This document shows, in pieces, positions 37,176-46,812 of a stretch of 64,000 nucleotides of DNA. The notes below the pieces were generated by a model. It was not told where the DNA came from. It saw only the letters and a program-made list of their open reading frames with translations, and made no database searches. The stretch comes from an uncultured Chloroflexia bacterium. GTDB lineage: Bacteria; Chloroflexota; Chloroflexia; Thermomicrobiales; UBA6265. The DNA lies in the NCBI GenBank assembly GCA_963751075.1, contig CAVVTE010000012.1:8149-72148 (forward strand). Reading direction: 5' to 3'. The translations under genes were made by a program, and so were the position numbers. Each line of letters opens with the position of its first letter. Position 1 is the stretch's first letter.

Positions 37176-38369
37176 TCATTCGCGATGGGTAACGGCGGAA
37201 CGGGTCGCATTGGCGAGCAGAGCGGTCATCGCCGCCAGGAGGACGATGAGCCCCATCATCGCCCGGAGTGAGGTCAACTCGGCGAGCCACCCCAGGATGG
37301 GCGGTCCGGCGAGGAACCCGCCATATCCGACGGTGGCCACGCTGGCGACCGCCTGGCCGCGGGGCAGGGTTGGATGATTGCCGGCCGCGCTGAAGACGAG
37401 GGGGTAGACGATCGAAAGCCCGAGACCCACGGCGGCGAAGCCCAGCAGCATGATGACCGGCTGGTTGAGCACGAGGGCGATGCCCAGCCCTAGCGCGGCT
37501 AGCACGCCTCCAGAACGAACCAGGCGAGGCGCGCCGAACTTCCGCACCAGCATGTCCCCCGTGAAGCGACCGGCGAGCATGGCGACGGAGAAAGCGGCAA
37601 ACCCCAGCGCGGCGAAACCACTACTGGTGTGAAGCACCTCCCGCAGGTACAACCCGCTCCAGTCTGCCACGCCTCCCTCGGCGACGGAGGCACACAGCGC
37701 CAGGGTTCCCAGGAGCCAGAGGGAGCGCGGCGGCAACGAGAAGGCAGCGGCGGGCGCGCTCTGGCGGGGATCTTTGGTGTCGGGGATCAACCAGCGGCGA
37801 ACCCACCCCAGAACGATGAGCCCCAGGGCGCTGATCGCCAGAAAATGGACGAGCGGCGGCAGGTCGAGAAGCGCCGCCCCCGCGCCGAGCGCCGCGCCGG
37901 CGAATGCGCCCAGGCTGAAGCAGCCGTGGAGCGAATTGATGATGCTGCGGCCAGCAAAGCGCTCGACCTCGATCCCCTGGGCGTTCATGGAGACGTCCAT
38001 GCCGCCGTTGCCGAAGCCAAACACAAAGAGCGCGAGGATCAGCAGGAGCAGGTGCGGGGCAATGCCGACAACGGGCAACGCCACGACCATGATCACGGCG
38101 AAGAGGAGCACCGTGGTGGCGCTGGATCGGGTGTCGACCAGCCGGCCAGTGAGGGGAAAGGCGACCAGCGCCCCCGCCGCGATGGCCATCAGGGCTATCC
38201 CAACTTGCCCGGGACTGAGGTCGAGGCGATCGGTGATACTCGGGATGCGGGAGATCCAGGAGCCGAACGTCACGCCGTTGACGGCGAAGATGGCGGCGAT
38301 GGCGAACCAGGCCGTGCGGCGTGAAGGCGTCCCCAGTTTTTCCGGAGTGGGAGCACTGCCAGCGGTCAC
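37176..38369 (-). CDS. MFS transporter (start uncertain; GTG 38369 or 38381)
   Basis: About 12 hydrophobic segments, typical MFS composition. The upstream part of ORF 37176..38618 is not protein-like. Confidence 0.7.
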   Translation of the reverse strand: MTAGSAPTPEKLGTPSRRTAWFAIAAIFAVNGVTFGSWISRIPSITDRLDLSPGQVGIALMAIAAGALVAFPLTGRLVDTRSSATTVLLFAVIMVVALPVVGIAPHLLLLILALFVFGFGNGGMDVSMNAQGIEVERFAGRSIINSLHGCFSLGAFAGAALGAGAALLDLPPLVHFLAISALGLIVLGWVRRWLIPDTKDPRQSAPAAAFSLPPRSLWLLGTLALCASVAEGGVADWSGLYLREVLHTSSGFAALGFAAFSVAMLAGRFTGDMLVRKFGAPRLVRSGGVLAALGLGIALVLNQPVIMLLGFAAVGLGLSIVYPLVFSAAGNHPTLPRGQAVASVATVGYGGFLAGPPILGWLAELTSLRAMMGLIVLLAAMTALLANATRSAVTHRE

Positions 38370-38493
38370 GCCGCGTTGCACCTTTACTTTCTGAAACTGT
38401 CTCGGTTCAGCAAACGCGGCCGGGCTGTTGCTCCACAGTGTCCTGCATGAGCCGGCGCCCAGCTCACAAGGCGATTTCCAATGAGCTGGCGCG

Positions 38494-39714
38494 TTACCCG
38501 GCGCCAGGACCGAGAAGTGCCAGAGCGGCGAGCGCGTAGGCCCGTGTCGCCTCCAGCACCTCGTCGATGCCGACCCACTCGTCGGGGACATGCGCCAGGC
38601 GGGGATCGCCCGGGCCATAGATGATGGTCGGGGAGCCGGCCGCGGCGAAGTGCCGGCCGTCCGATGCCATGCTGAAACCCGTCAGCTCCGTCGAGAGCCC
38701 GAGATATTCATTCGCGGTCAGCATGGCCCGCGCCAGACCGCCGTTGGGGTCGCTCATCGTCGCCGCGCGCATCTCCGGACCCGGGCTCACCGCGACCGTG
38801 ATTCCGGAGATTCCGGAAACGGCCTCTTCGGCGATGGTGCGGATCTCGGCCATGGTTGCGGCGGGATCCTCGCCGGGTATGAGCCGGCGATCGATGAAGA
38901 TGGCGCAGCGGTCGGGAACGACATTCGTCTTCACGCCGCCGTCGATCATGTTGACCGAGGCGGAGGAGGGCATGAAGTACGAGTGTGTCCGCTCGGCCAG
39001 CCGAGGTTGCAGCTCCTGCCCCAGGGCGACGATAACCCGGGCCATCCCCTCGACCGCATTGGCGCCTTCCCAGGGCAAGGCGCCGTGCGCGGTGCGGCCG
39101 CTGACGACGATATCGACGCCGGCGCTCCCCTTCTCACCAACGGCAACTCGGTTCAGCGTCTGCTCGCCGACGATCACCCCGTCCGGGCGCAACCCGGCCG
39201 CGGCAATGAGATGGAGCGCTCCCGCCCCGGAGGTCTCCTCATCCGCGACCTCGGTGACCACCAGACGCCCGCGCAGCGGTACTCCGGCGCGAGCCAGCGC
39301 GATGGCGCCCATCACCTGGGCGGTGACACTGGCCTTGTCGTCGCCCGCGCCGCGCCCATAGACGCGGCCGTCGGCGATCTCGGCGGCAAACGGCGGGTGC
39401 GACCAGGCCTGCTCATCGCCGGTCGGCACCACGTCGAGATGGGCATTGAAGCAGAGCGTCGGACCATCGCCCGTGCCCCATTCCGCGACGATGTTTGGTT
39501 TTCCTGGCTCGTGCTCGAGGGAGCGCACGGCGAATCCCGCCGCCACGAGGGGGCGCTCGCAGACCGCCGCCGCCTCGGAGACATCGCCGGGGGGATTGAC
39601 CGACGGGGCGCGCACGAGCTCGCGCAGGAAGGCGACCGTCTCGTCAGGATCGATGGCGGCCAGGACGGCGCGGGCGTCGTCATCGCGGATTCCGACCGGG
39701 AACGATGCGTCCAA
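38494..39714 (-). CDS. M20-family metallopeptidase (ArgE/DapE-like deacylase)
   Basis: Contains NAHLDVVPTGDEQAWSHPPF, GRGAGDDKASV and EVADEETSG. TTG start follows AAGGAG. Confidence 0.8.
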   Translation of the reverse strand: MDASFPVGIRDDDARAVLAAIDPDETVAFLRELVRAPSVNPPGDVSEAAAVCERPLVAAGFAVRSLEHEPGKPNIVAEWGTGDGPTLCFNAHLDVVPTGDEQAWSHPPFAAEIADGRVYGRGAGDDKASVTAQVMGAIALARAGVPLRGRLVVTEVADEETSGAGALHLIAAAGLRPDGVIVGEQTLNRVAVGEKGSAGVDIVVSGRTAHGALPWEGANAVEGMARVIVALGQELQPRLAERTHSYFMPSSASVNMIDGGVKTNVVPDRCAIFIDRRLIPGEDPAATMAEIRTIAEEAVSGISGITVAVSPGPEMRAATMSDPNGGLARAMLTANEYLGLSTELTGFSMASDGRHFAAAGSPTIIYGPGDPRLAHVPDEWVGIDEVLEATRAYALAALALLGPGAG

Positions 39715-39815
39715 GCGGCGTGCTCCTTATCTACTTGCGATCCACGTGGCGTTCGCGGGAACGAGGCATCCAAGCGGCGTGCTCCTTGTCTACTGGCGAT
39801 CCACGCGGCGTTCGG
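39698..39815. repeat. 2 x 59-nt tandem duplication of RBS + TTG start + first 6 codons of the M20 gene
   Basis: GGGAACGA(T/G)GC(G/A)TCCAAGCGGCGTGCTCCTT occurs at 39698 and 39757. Both copies encode LDASFP, differing only as GAC/GAT and GCA/GCC. Confidence 0.85.
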
Positions 39816-39907
39816 ATGAGTGTCGAAGGGCCAGTATACTGGCGGTCTGATGGGCTCCCCGGAACACACGCTGGGGACCTTTGCGAAATGATGACGAGGA
39901 GCGACCG

Positions 39908-40429
39908 ATGGAGAAGAAAAAGCGGGTGGCGATGGTCGTGGCAAACAGCTTCGAGGATTCGGAAGCGATCGATCCGATGAACCACCTCGAATCGCTCGGC
40001 GCGGACGTGGTGACCATCGGCGAGACCAAGGGCACGGTCGAGGGCAAGAAAGGCGCTGTGCTCGAGGTGGAGTGCACGTTTGCCGAGGTGACCCCCGAGC
40101 AGTTCGACCTCCTCATCATCCCCGGCGGCGGCGCGCCGGAGAACCTGCGGATCGTCGACGAGGCCGTCGATTTCACGCGCCGCTTCGTCGAGTCCGGGAA
40201 GCCGGTCGGCTCGATCTGCCACGGCCCGCAGCTCCTCATCTCGGCCAAGGTGCTCGACGGGCGCACCCTCACCGCCGTGAAGAAGATCCGGGACGACGTC
40301 ATGAACGCGGGCGCATCCTACGTCGATGAACCGCTGGTCATCGATGGCAACCTGATTACCTCCCGCGTTCCCGGCGATCTCCCGCAGTTCAACGAGGCCC
40401 TGGGCAAAGCGATCGGGTTGGGAAACTAG
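39908..40429 (+). CDS. DJ-1/PfpI-family protein
   Basis: Contains GKPVGSICHGPQLL with the nucleophile-elbow Cys. GAGGAG lies before the ATG at 39908. Confidence 0.8.
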   Translation: MEKKKRVAMVVANSFEDSEAIDPMNHLESLGADVVTIGETKGTVEGKKGAVLEVECTFAEVTPEQFDLLIIPGGGAPENLRIVDEAVDFTRRFVESGKPVGSICHGPQLLISAKVLDGRTLTAVKKIRDDVMNAGASYVDEPLVIDGNLITSRVPGDLPQFNEALGKAIGLGN

Positions 40430-40447
40430 GCAGCCGCCCTCGCCGGC

Positions 40448-42163
40448 GTGTACACGCCTCGCGGATTCGGGATCTCGGAGCTCGGCGATATCGAGGTCGT
40501 CGCGGCCGGCGACGACCTCCATCTCTTCCATCTCACCCTGCCGAACCACGACGTGGTCCAGCACGCGATCAGCCGGGATGGGCTCTCCTGGACACCATTG
40601 CCGGCGGCGCTGCGCACCGGCGATCCCGGAGCATGCGACGACGACCAGATCTGGACGATGAGCGTCACGCCACGACCGGGCGGTGACGGCTACCTGATGC
40701 TCTACACGGCGCTGGCCACGGGCGACGACGGCCGCATCCAGCGCGTGGCAATGGCGAGGTCGGACGACCTGCTGCACTGGACCAAGCTACCCGGGGCCCC
40801 GGTCATCGCCGCCGACCCGCGCTGGTATGAAGCGGACCCAAGGGCAACCGGGTTCGTCTCCTGGCGCGACCCAAAACCGGTTCGGATTGGCACCAGTTAC
40901 CTGGTCACCATTTGCGCGCGGGAGAACCTGGGACCGGTGCCGAGGCGGGGCTGCGTCGGTCTGTTGGTCTCGGACGATCTCGAACACTGGGAGACGCGCG
41001 CCCCGCTCTTTGCCCCGCGTCGCTACTGGGATCTGGAGTGCCCGCAGGTCTTCCGCCTCGGCGCGCGGCCCGATCCAGAGCGCTGGTACCTCACCGCCGC
41101 CATCATGGAGGATCGCTCGCAGCGGTATTGGACTGCCGATGCGGCGACCGGTCCGTACCATGTACCGCCGGGCGGCGATCTCCTCGCTCCCGCCGGCCAC
41201 TACGCGGCCCGAATCACCCGCTGGCGGGACATGGATCTCCTCTTCGCCTGGCATCAACCGAGGCTGAACGAGGGCTGGATGACGTCGTCGCGTACGATCG
41301 ACTGGGTCGACGCGCGGAATCCGTTCGGCAAGTTTCTGGCGCCGCCGTTGCTCCTCTCCGCTCGAGACGACGGTAGCCTGGGCCTGGGATCGTTTCCGGG
41401 ATGGGACGCCTACCGGGGAGCCGGCTGGCAGGCTCCCTCGCCGCGAGAGCGAACGCTGTTCAGCGAACGGGCAACATCGGCGGAATCGGGTTCTGGCTGG
41501 CGCTTCGACGCCGACAGCGGCATGGACGTGCTACCGGCGGCATCGGGGGCAACCGATTTCGTCGTCGAGGGATCGCTAGTGCTCTCGGGTGCGCGCGGCG
41601 GCCTCGCCCTGCGACTCGATGACGACGGCTGCGGGTTGTATGTGGAGCTCACGCGGGATTCCGGCCACATCGCCTTGCAGCGGTGGGGTATGACGCCGAA
41701 CAACCGTGACGGTCGTCTCCGGTACGCCTTCGAGGAGCTCCAGTCGTCACACCGCCCGACTCCAGTCGACGTCAAGAATCCAGTTCCGTTCCGGTTGCTC
41801 TCGGTGGGGCCGTACATCGAGGCATCGTTCGGGGGCGAGGTGGCTATCAGCGCGATGACCGGCAATCCGGTATCCGGGCGCTGGGGTATCTGGGTCGAAG
41901 ACGGCTCCTGCACGGCGAGCGATCTGCGCTGGGCGCCGATGCGACGTCCGGCAGAAGTGGGGTTCACCGGAGGTGCGTCCATCCCTGGAGGCAGCAAGCG
42001 TTGGCTGACACGATCGAGGCGGTTCCAGTGGCATCACCTTCGCGGCCGGTGGACGCCCTGGCCCGGATACGAGAGGCAAAGGCCTGGATCTTCGACATGG
42101 ATGGCGTCCTCTATCGGGGGGCCGAGGTGTTGCCGGGGGTCAAGGAGCTGCTCGACGCGCTGA
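40448..42163 (+). CDS. GH32/GH68-clan-like beta-propeller glycosidase with a C-terminal beta-sandwich; the 3' end overlaps the next gene by 163 nt and may be mis-framed
   Basis: WRDPKP and DLECPQVF resemble the RDP and EC catalytic blocks. No WMNDPNG block was seen. Confidence 0.5.
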   Translation: MYTPRGFGISELGDIEVVAAGDDLHLFHLTLPNHDVVQHAISRDGLSWTPLPAALRTGDPGACDDDQIWTMSVTPRPGGDGYLMLYTALATGDDGRIQRVAMARSDDLLHWTKLPGAPVIAADPRWYEADPRATGFVSWRDPKPVRIGTSYLVTICARENLGPVPRRGCVGLLVSDDLEHWETRAPLFAPRRYWDLECPQVFRLGARPDPERWYLTAAIMEDRSQRYWTADAATGPYHVPPGGDLLAPAGHYAARITRWRDMDLLFAWHQPRLNEGWMTSSRTIDWVDARNPFGKFLAPPLLLSARDDGSLGLGSFPGWDAYRGAGWQAPSPRERTLFSERATSAESGSGWRFDADSGMDVLPAASGATDFVVEGSLVLSGARGGLALRLDDDGCGLYVELTRDSGHIALQRWGMTPNNRDGRLRYAFEELQSSHRPTPVDVKNPVPFRLLSVGPYIEASFGGEVAISAMTGNPVSGRWGIWVEDGSCTASDLRWAPMRRPAEVGFTGGASIPGGSKRWLTRSRRFQWHHLRGRWTPWPGYERQRPGSSTWMASSIGGPRCCRGSRSCSTR

Positions 42164-42867
42164 CCCTGCGGGAACGGCCCGTGATGCTGGCGACCAACAA
42201 CTCGATGTCGACGCCGGAGGCGTACGAGCGCAAGCTGGCGGCGATGGGTCTCGATATCCCGGCCGAGGCCGTCATCACCTCGGCACTGGCCACCCGGGAC
42301 TACCTGCTGCGGACGCTGCCCGAGGGCGCCGGCATCTACGTCATCGGGATGCCCGCCTTGCGCGAGCAGCTTTTCGAAGGGACCACCTTCCACCCCGTGC
42401 AATACGGTGAGGAGCAGCCGGCGGCGGTCGTGATCGGTCTCGATCTGGAGTTCACCTACGCCAAGCTGAAAGCCGCGCACGAGGCGATTCAGCGCGGCGC
42501 GCTCTTCATCGCCACCAACGCCGACTCGACGCTCCCGACTGAAGCGGGGCTGGTACCGGGCGCGGGGAGTATCGTCGCCGCGCTGGCGACAGCTGCCGGA
42601 CAGGCGCCGGTAGTGATCGGCAAACCGGAAACGCCAATGTTGGACATGGCCATGAGACGTATGGGCGCGCGGCCGGAGGAGACGGTCATGATCGGCGACC
42701 GGCTCGATACCGATATCCTGGCGGGGGAGCGCGCGGGGATGTCGACGGTGCTGGTGCTGACCGGTGTCTCGACGCGGGAGGATCTGGCAGCGGCCGAAGC
42801 GCTGCCCGACGTCGTCGTCTCCGATCTCCCGTCCCTGGTCGAAGCGCTCACCGCGGAGCCAGCCTGA
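42001..42867 (+). CDS. HAD-IIA (NagD-like) phosphatase
   Basis: Contains IFDMDGVLYRG, ATNNS and IGDRLDTDILAG. Confidence 0.8.
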   Translation: MADTIEAVPVASPSRPVDALARIREAKAWIFDMDGVLYRGAEVLPGVKELLDALTLRERPVMLATNNSMSTPEAYERKLAAMGLDIPAEAVITSALATRDYLLRTLPEGAGIYVIGMPALREQLFEGTTFHPVQYGEEQPAAVVIGLDLEFTYAKLKAAHEAIQRGALFIATNADSTLPTEAGLVPGAGSIVAALATAAGQAPVVIGKPETPMLDMAMRRMGARPEETVMIGDRLDTDILAGERAGMSTVLVLTGVSTREDLAAAEALPDVVVSDLPSLVEALTAEPA

Positions 42868-42868
42868 A

Positions 42869-43450
42869 ATGAGCGATGAACGGATCGACGCCGTCCTGGA
42901 GCGGTTGTACGAGGAAGACGCCGCGCAACGCGCCGCGAACCTCCCCTCCTCCCAGCGGACGCGCAACGTCGACCGCGAGACGGGCCGCTGGCTGGGGCTG
43001 GTCGTCCGCGCTACGAACGCCCGGAGTGTGCTGGAGATCGGGTCATCGAACGGCGTCTCCACCATCTGGCTGGCCGCGGCGGCGCGAGAGAACGGCGGTC
43101 AGGTCACGGGCACCGAGATCCTGCCCGAGCGCGCGGCGGAGGCGAACCGCAATCTCGCCGCCGCCGGGCTGGAGAGCGTCGCGCAGGTCCTCTCCGGGGC
43201 GGCCCGGGAGACCGTGACCTCCCTTCCCGGCCCCTTCGATCTCGTCTTCATCGATGCCGAGAAGGATGATTATGTCGATCATTTCGAATCGGTCATCGAT
43301 CGCGTGCGCCCGGGCGGGTTGATCCTCGCCGACAACGTCATCTCGCACGATCTCTCGGTCTATCAGGCGATGCTGCGCGACCGAGGGGATGTCGAAACCG
43401 TCACCATCCCCATCGAGCGCGGGATCGAATTTACCGTGAAAACGGCGTAG
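42869..43450 (+). CDS. class I SAM-dependent O-methyltransferase (family 3-like)
   Basis: Contains VLEIGSSNGVSTIWLA, FDLVFIDAEKDDY and GGLILADNV. Confidence 0.75.
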   Translation: MSDERIDAVLERLYEEDAAQRAANLPSSQRTRNVDRETGRWLGLVVRATNARSVLEIGSSNGVSTIWLAAAARENGGQVTGTEILPERAAEANRNLAAAGLESVAQVLSGAARETVTSLPGPFDLVFIDAEKDDYVDHFESVIDRVRPGGLILADNVISHDLSVYQAMLRDRGDVETVTIPIERGIEFTVKTA

Positions 43451-43509
43451 TCCGGTTGTTCGAGGGTGGTCACCCTGCTACAATTGATTGGCTCGTTGGG
43501 GTCGATTGC

Positions 43510-43582
43510 GCCGGCCTAGCTCAGTTGGTAGAGCAGCTGTTTCGTAAACAGCAGGTCTCCGGTTCGAGTCCGGAGGTCGGCT
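43510..43582 (+). tRNA. tRNA-Thr (anticodon CGT)
   Basis: Cloverleaf folded by hand. Acceptor is GCCGGCC/GGTCGGC, anticodon loop TTCGTAA, T-arm TCCGG TTCGAGT CCGGA. Confidence 0.9.
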
Positions 43583-43612
43583 CCGGCCCCGCTGAAAGCG
43601 GGCGAACAATAA

Positions 43613-43696
<84 letters not shown>

Positions 43697-43814
43697 CCGC
43701 GGACGGCGAGGGTGGCGGGGTCGCTGGGTAGTAGGGTAACGGGGTAGTTTCTTCTCCCTGTCACCTTGACACCCCGCCACCCTGCCACCCAAAGCGTTCG
43801 GCACATTGACAACC

Positions 43815-44171
43815 GAGGTATGGGGTGGGCAAGGATGGTCGCTGGCGTTTCGGCGCCAGAGGAAAGTCCGAGCTGCACAGAGCGTGGGTGCCCGGTGAAA
43901 GCCGGGGAGGCGTGCGGGAGACCGCGCGTCGACAGTCCAGATTGGCGCGCGGCGTGCCGCGCGAGAGCAACAGAGACCAGACCGGCGGGCAACCGCCGGG
44001 GTGAAAAGGGCAATCCTCCCCGCAGCAATCTCCGAATCGGCCGCTAGCAGGTTGCTCGCCGAGGCCGGAAGTCGAGAGCCGCCACGAAGGCGACGACGTG
44101 GCCGGTCCCTTTTGGGGCCGAGAGAGATGACCATCGAGAACAGAACTCGGCTTACTCTCCCCCCCATCCTC
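43815..44171 (+). ncRNA. rnpB: RNase P RNA, bacterial type A (ends approximate)
   Basis: GAGGAAAGTCCGAGC at 43859-43873 and ACAGAACTCGGCTTAC at 44140-44155 are the universally conserved P4 strands. P2 pairs GGATGGTC with GACCATC. P1 candidates are 43815-43830 and 44156-44171. Confidence 0.85.
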
Positions 44172-44174
44172 CAT

Positions 44175-44251
44175 GGTGCCTATAGCTCAATTGGCAGAGC
44201 GCTTGTCTGTGGAACAAGAGGTTGCGGGATCGTGCCCCGCTAGGCACCCCA
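44175..44251 (+). tRNA. tRNA-His (anticodon GTG) with encoded G-1 and CCA
   Basis: G-1 then GTGCCTA acceptor, anticodon loop CTGTGGA, T-arm GCGGG ATCGTGC CCCGC, then TAGGCAC C CCA. Confidence 0.85.
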
Positions 44252-44280
44252 GGAAATTGGCGTAAATACAAGAAATTCGT

Positions 44281-44311
44281 GGCTGGTGGTGCTGATGCTA
44301 CCAGCCTTTTT
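44281..44311 (+). terminator. intrinsic terminator after the tRNA-His gene
   Basis: GGCTGGT / ACCAGCC stem followed by TTTTT. Confidence 0.6.
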
Positions 44312-44364
44312 CGTTGTAGAGGGAATAACGAGGGAATATCGAGCGAGGCATCCATTCCCGTCCC

Positions 44365-44814
44365 TCAGTCATTGAGATTCCAGTCGATCGTCCGTTGCCG
44401 ACCATACGGGTCCTGTTGAAAGTGCGCGAGCGCCGTGTTCGTCCCGAGGCTGCGGACCCACCCCGGGGCATCCGCGCGCCACCGCCCGGGCTGCTCTTGC
44501 CAGGGATCGAGGACCACGAGCCGGAAGATCGGCCAGTGTTCGGGGTCCTGCGCGAGCCACTCGGTCACTCGCGTCTCAAGCTCTTGCTCAGCCGCTTCGA
44601 AGTTGGCGTTCACCACGGACCAGGCGACCTCGAGTGGATCCTCATCCCACTCGGGGATGTCATCCGGCCGATCATCATCCAAGAGGTCGACCACGAGCTC
44701 CTCGAGGACACCAGCGGCCTCCTCCAGCTTCGCCACCCATACCGCTTGAACCGCGAACTCCCGAAGTTGCGGATGATCGATCCTTGTCGGATCGCTGAAT
44801 CGCGTCATGGGCAT
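44365..44814 (-). CDS. acidic hypothetical protein
   Basis: Clean 149-aa ORF with protein-like composition. No family recognised. Confidence 0.55.
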   Translation of the reverse strand: MPMTRFSDPTRIDHPQLREFAVQAVWVAKLEEAAGVLEELVVDLLDDDRPDDIPEWDEDPLEVAWSVVNANFEAAEQELETRVTEWLAQDPEHWPIFRLVVLDPWQEQPGRWRADAPGWVRSLGTNTALAHFQQDPYGRQRTIDWNLND

Positions 44815-44936
44815 CTTTGCACCATCACCGCGGGAATTGCTCTGCGCAGAGCTTCAGTGGCGGATGCTGCGGCGTCGTACCATACAGGCTGCTGCTCTTG
44901 CGTTCCGTGACATGAGAGCGGCACGGAGCGGATGTC

Positions 44937-45161
44937 GTGACCGATCTGCCCAGCGGCACCATGCCCTTCCTCTTGACCGATATCGAAGGCAGCACCACGT
45001 TGAGGGAACGGAACCGCAACGCCATGGCTGCAGTTGAGCATTATTACGCCCTTGGGGTAAACCGATACGGCCTGATCTGCCCGGTTTTCTCCGGTTTCAA
45101 GTCTATGTGGTCTCAGAGTGTGAGAGAAGAACAGTCCGAGGCAGTCAATCAACATGCCTAG
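44937..45161 (+). pseudogene. N-terminal fragment of a class III adenylate/guanylate-cyclase-type domain protein
   Basis: LPSGTMPFLLTDIEGSTTLRERNRNAMAAVEHY matches the common PSGTVTFLFTDIEGST..W start of such proteins. Similarity is lost after ~35 aa. Confidence 0.45.
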
Positions 45162-46071
45162 ACGCTCGAACGAATTCCAACGCTTGGGCTATCTACTTCA
45201 CCGACAACTGCACGACCGCGTCACCGTCACCGAATCCGCCATGGTTGCGGATCGAGTCGGAGGCGAACCGCAAGAAGTCGACGTGCTTATCGAGGAACCG
45301 GTAGGCCAGATCCGCATGCTCATTGGCGTCGAGTGCCGGGATCACAATCGACGTGCAACTGTTGAGTGGGTGCAGCAGATGCATGGCAAGCACCTGCACC
45401 GAACCGACAAGCTCATACTCATCTCGAGGTCTGGTTTCACAGGGAGTGCGCTTGCAGAGGCGCAACGTTTCGGCATCGAGACGATGTCACTACAGGAAGC
45501 TGGAGAAGTCGACTTGGCAGTGATCGTCGGTAAGCTCAAGGAGGCGTTCCTCGGTCGATTCCACTTTAACATCTCCAAGGGTTATGCGGTGTTTGCGGAG
45601 GAGTACGGGCGCTTGGACGAGCCGGAGATTAGTTCTGATGTGCTGCTGTGCGCAATGGATGACGAAATAGTCGGGCCTGTCGGGGAGATTTCTAGAGAGT
45701 TTCTGCGACAGCCGGACCAGGCAAAGGAATTAATGGAACTCTTCTACGCGAATCAGGACCGGACTCGAGCCATTGCAACTTTTGAGGTCGTCCCTGGCAG
45801 CTACCTGATCGACACCTCAGGCACCAAGTGGCGTGTGCGGGCAATCAAGGTCGAAATTGAGTGCAATTTGAGGGTGACGCCAATTCCGCTACGGCATGGA
45901 CTCCTCGGCGCTGCACATGTCTCATGGGGGACGACGACTGACAGGGACGAGCAACTGTTCATGGTCAGTACCGAGCAACAAGGCCAACCGGGACGTACGA
46001 CGTTGAGGGTCGCTCAGGGTACCGAACAGACTGAGCAGCTAATCGACATGGCTCTCGAGATGAGGCCATAG
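45154..46071 (+). CDS. Mrr-cat/PD-(D/E)xK restriction-endonuclease-like N-domain protein with an unknown C-domain
   Basis: EVDVLIEEPVGQIRMLIGVECRDHNRRATVEWVQQMHGK...LILISRSGFTGSALAEAQRFGIE follows the Mrr_cat pattern, from memory. Confidence 0.5.
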   Translation: MPRRSNEFQRLGYLLHRQLHDRVTVTESAMVADRVGGEPQEVDVLIEEPVGQIRMLIGVECRDHNRRATVEWVQQMHGKHLHRTDKLILISRSGFTGSALAEAQRFGIETMSLQEAGEVDLAVIVGKLKEAFLGRFHFNISKGYAVFAEEYGRLDEPEISSDVLLCAMDDEIVGPVGEISREFLRQPDQAKELMELFYANQDRTRAIATFEVVPGSYLIDTSGTKWRVRAIKVEIECNLRVTPIPLRHGLLGAAHVSWGTTTDRDEQLFMVSTEQQGQPGRTTLRVAQGTEQTEQLIDMALEMRP

Positions 46072-46812
46072 CACGATCAACTTGTTCAACGAACATACAC
46101 CTAGTCTTCGCCTGTTCCGGCGAAGTCTTCGTCAAGACCTTGATGGGCTTCAGCGAGTCGGCTTGAGCATGAACGCGTGCATCTCCCCTCTGGTCAACCC
46201 CCGACCGACGATCTGCACAGCGGGGAAATGAAGTGGCTCGTCTTCAGGGATCCGACTGAATGCGCCGGCGATTTCAGTGGGCGTGAGACCTGGACCGATC
46301 CAGTTACGCGCCCCGTGCTGCTCTAGGTACTGCGGGTAACTGACGTCAGGGCCGACGGCTCCGGTTGCGATATCGACCATGTAGTTGCCGCCCATCGATT
46401 CGAGCATGGATTTGAGCCCTGCCGCGGCATCAGGCGTCAGATACGGTGCAACGGCCATGATCGCGCTATTGGTCACATCCACCTGGATCCCCGGCTCACC
46501 AGCCGTCGTGCCCTCGCCTGCAGCGAACTTCTCGGTCGCCGTGTTCAGTGCGCGGTCGAGGATTTGTTGGTGGAGGGGATAGGGATTGACGGATGTACCA
46601 ATCCCAGGTTCCGAGAATGCGTCGATGAACTGCTCAAGAAAGGTCAGCCGCTCCTCGCTGCTGCTCGGCCCCGCATAGAGATCGTCACCGCCCGACCCGC
46701 CGCCAAGGACGCCTATGTTGGCCAGCATCATGGCCGAGTAGACGTAGGGCTCAACGAGCGACGCAGTGTTTGCTCCCCCGCCCATGCGCTTCGCGAGCAT
46801 CAGCGCAACTAA

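Noticed and set aside
43700-43815. TTGACA words between tRNA-Leu and rnpB as a dedicated rnpB promoter
   Set aside because: No acceptable -10 element lies at 16-18 nt from either TTGACA, so a promoter cannot be supported from sequence alone.
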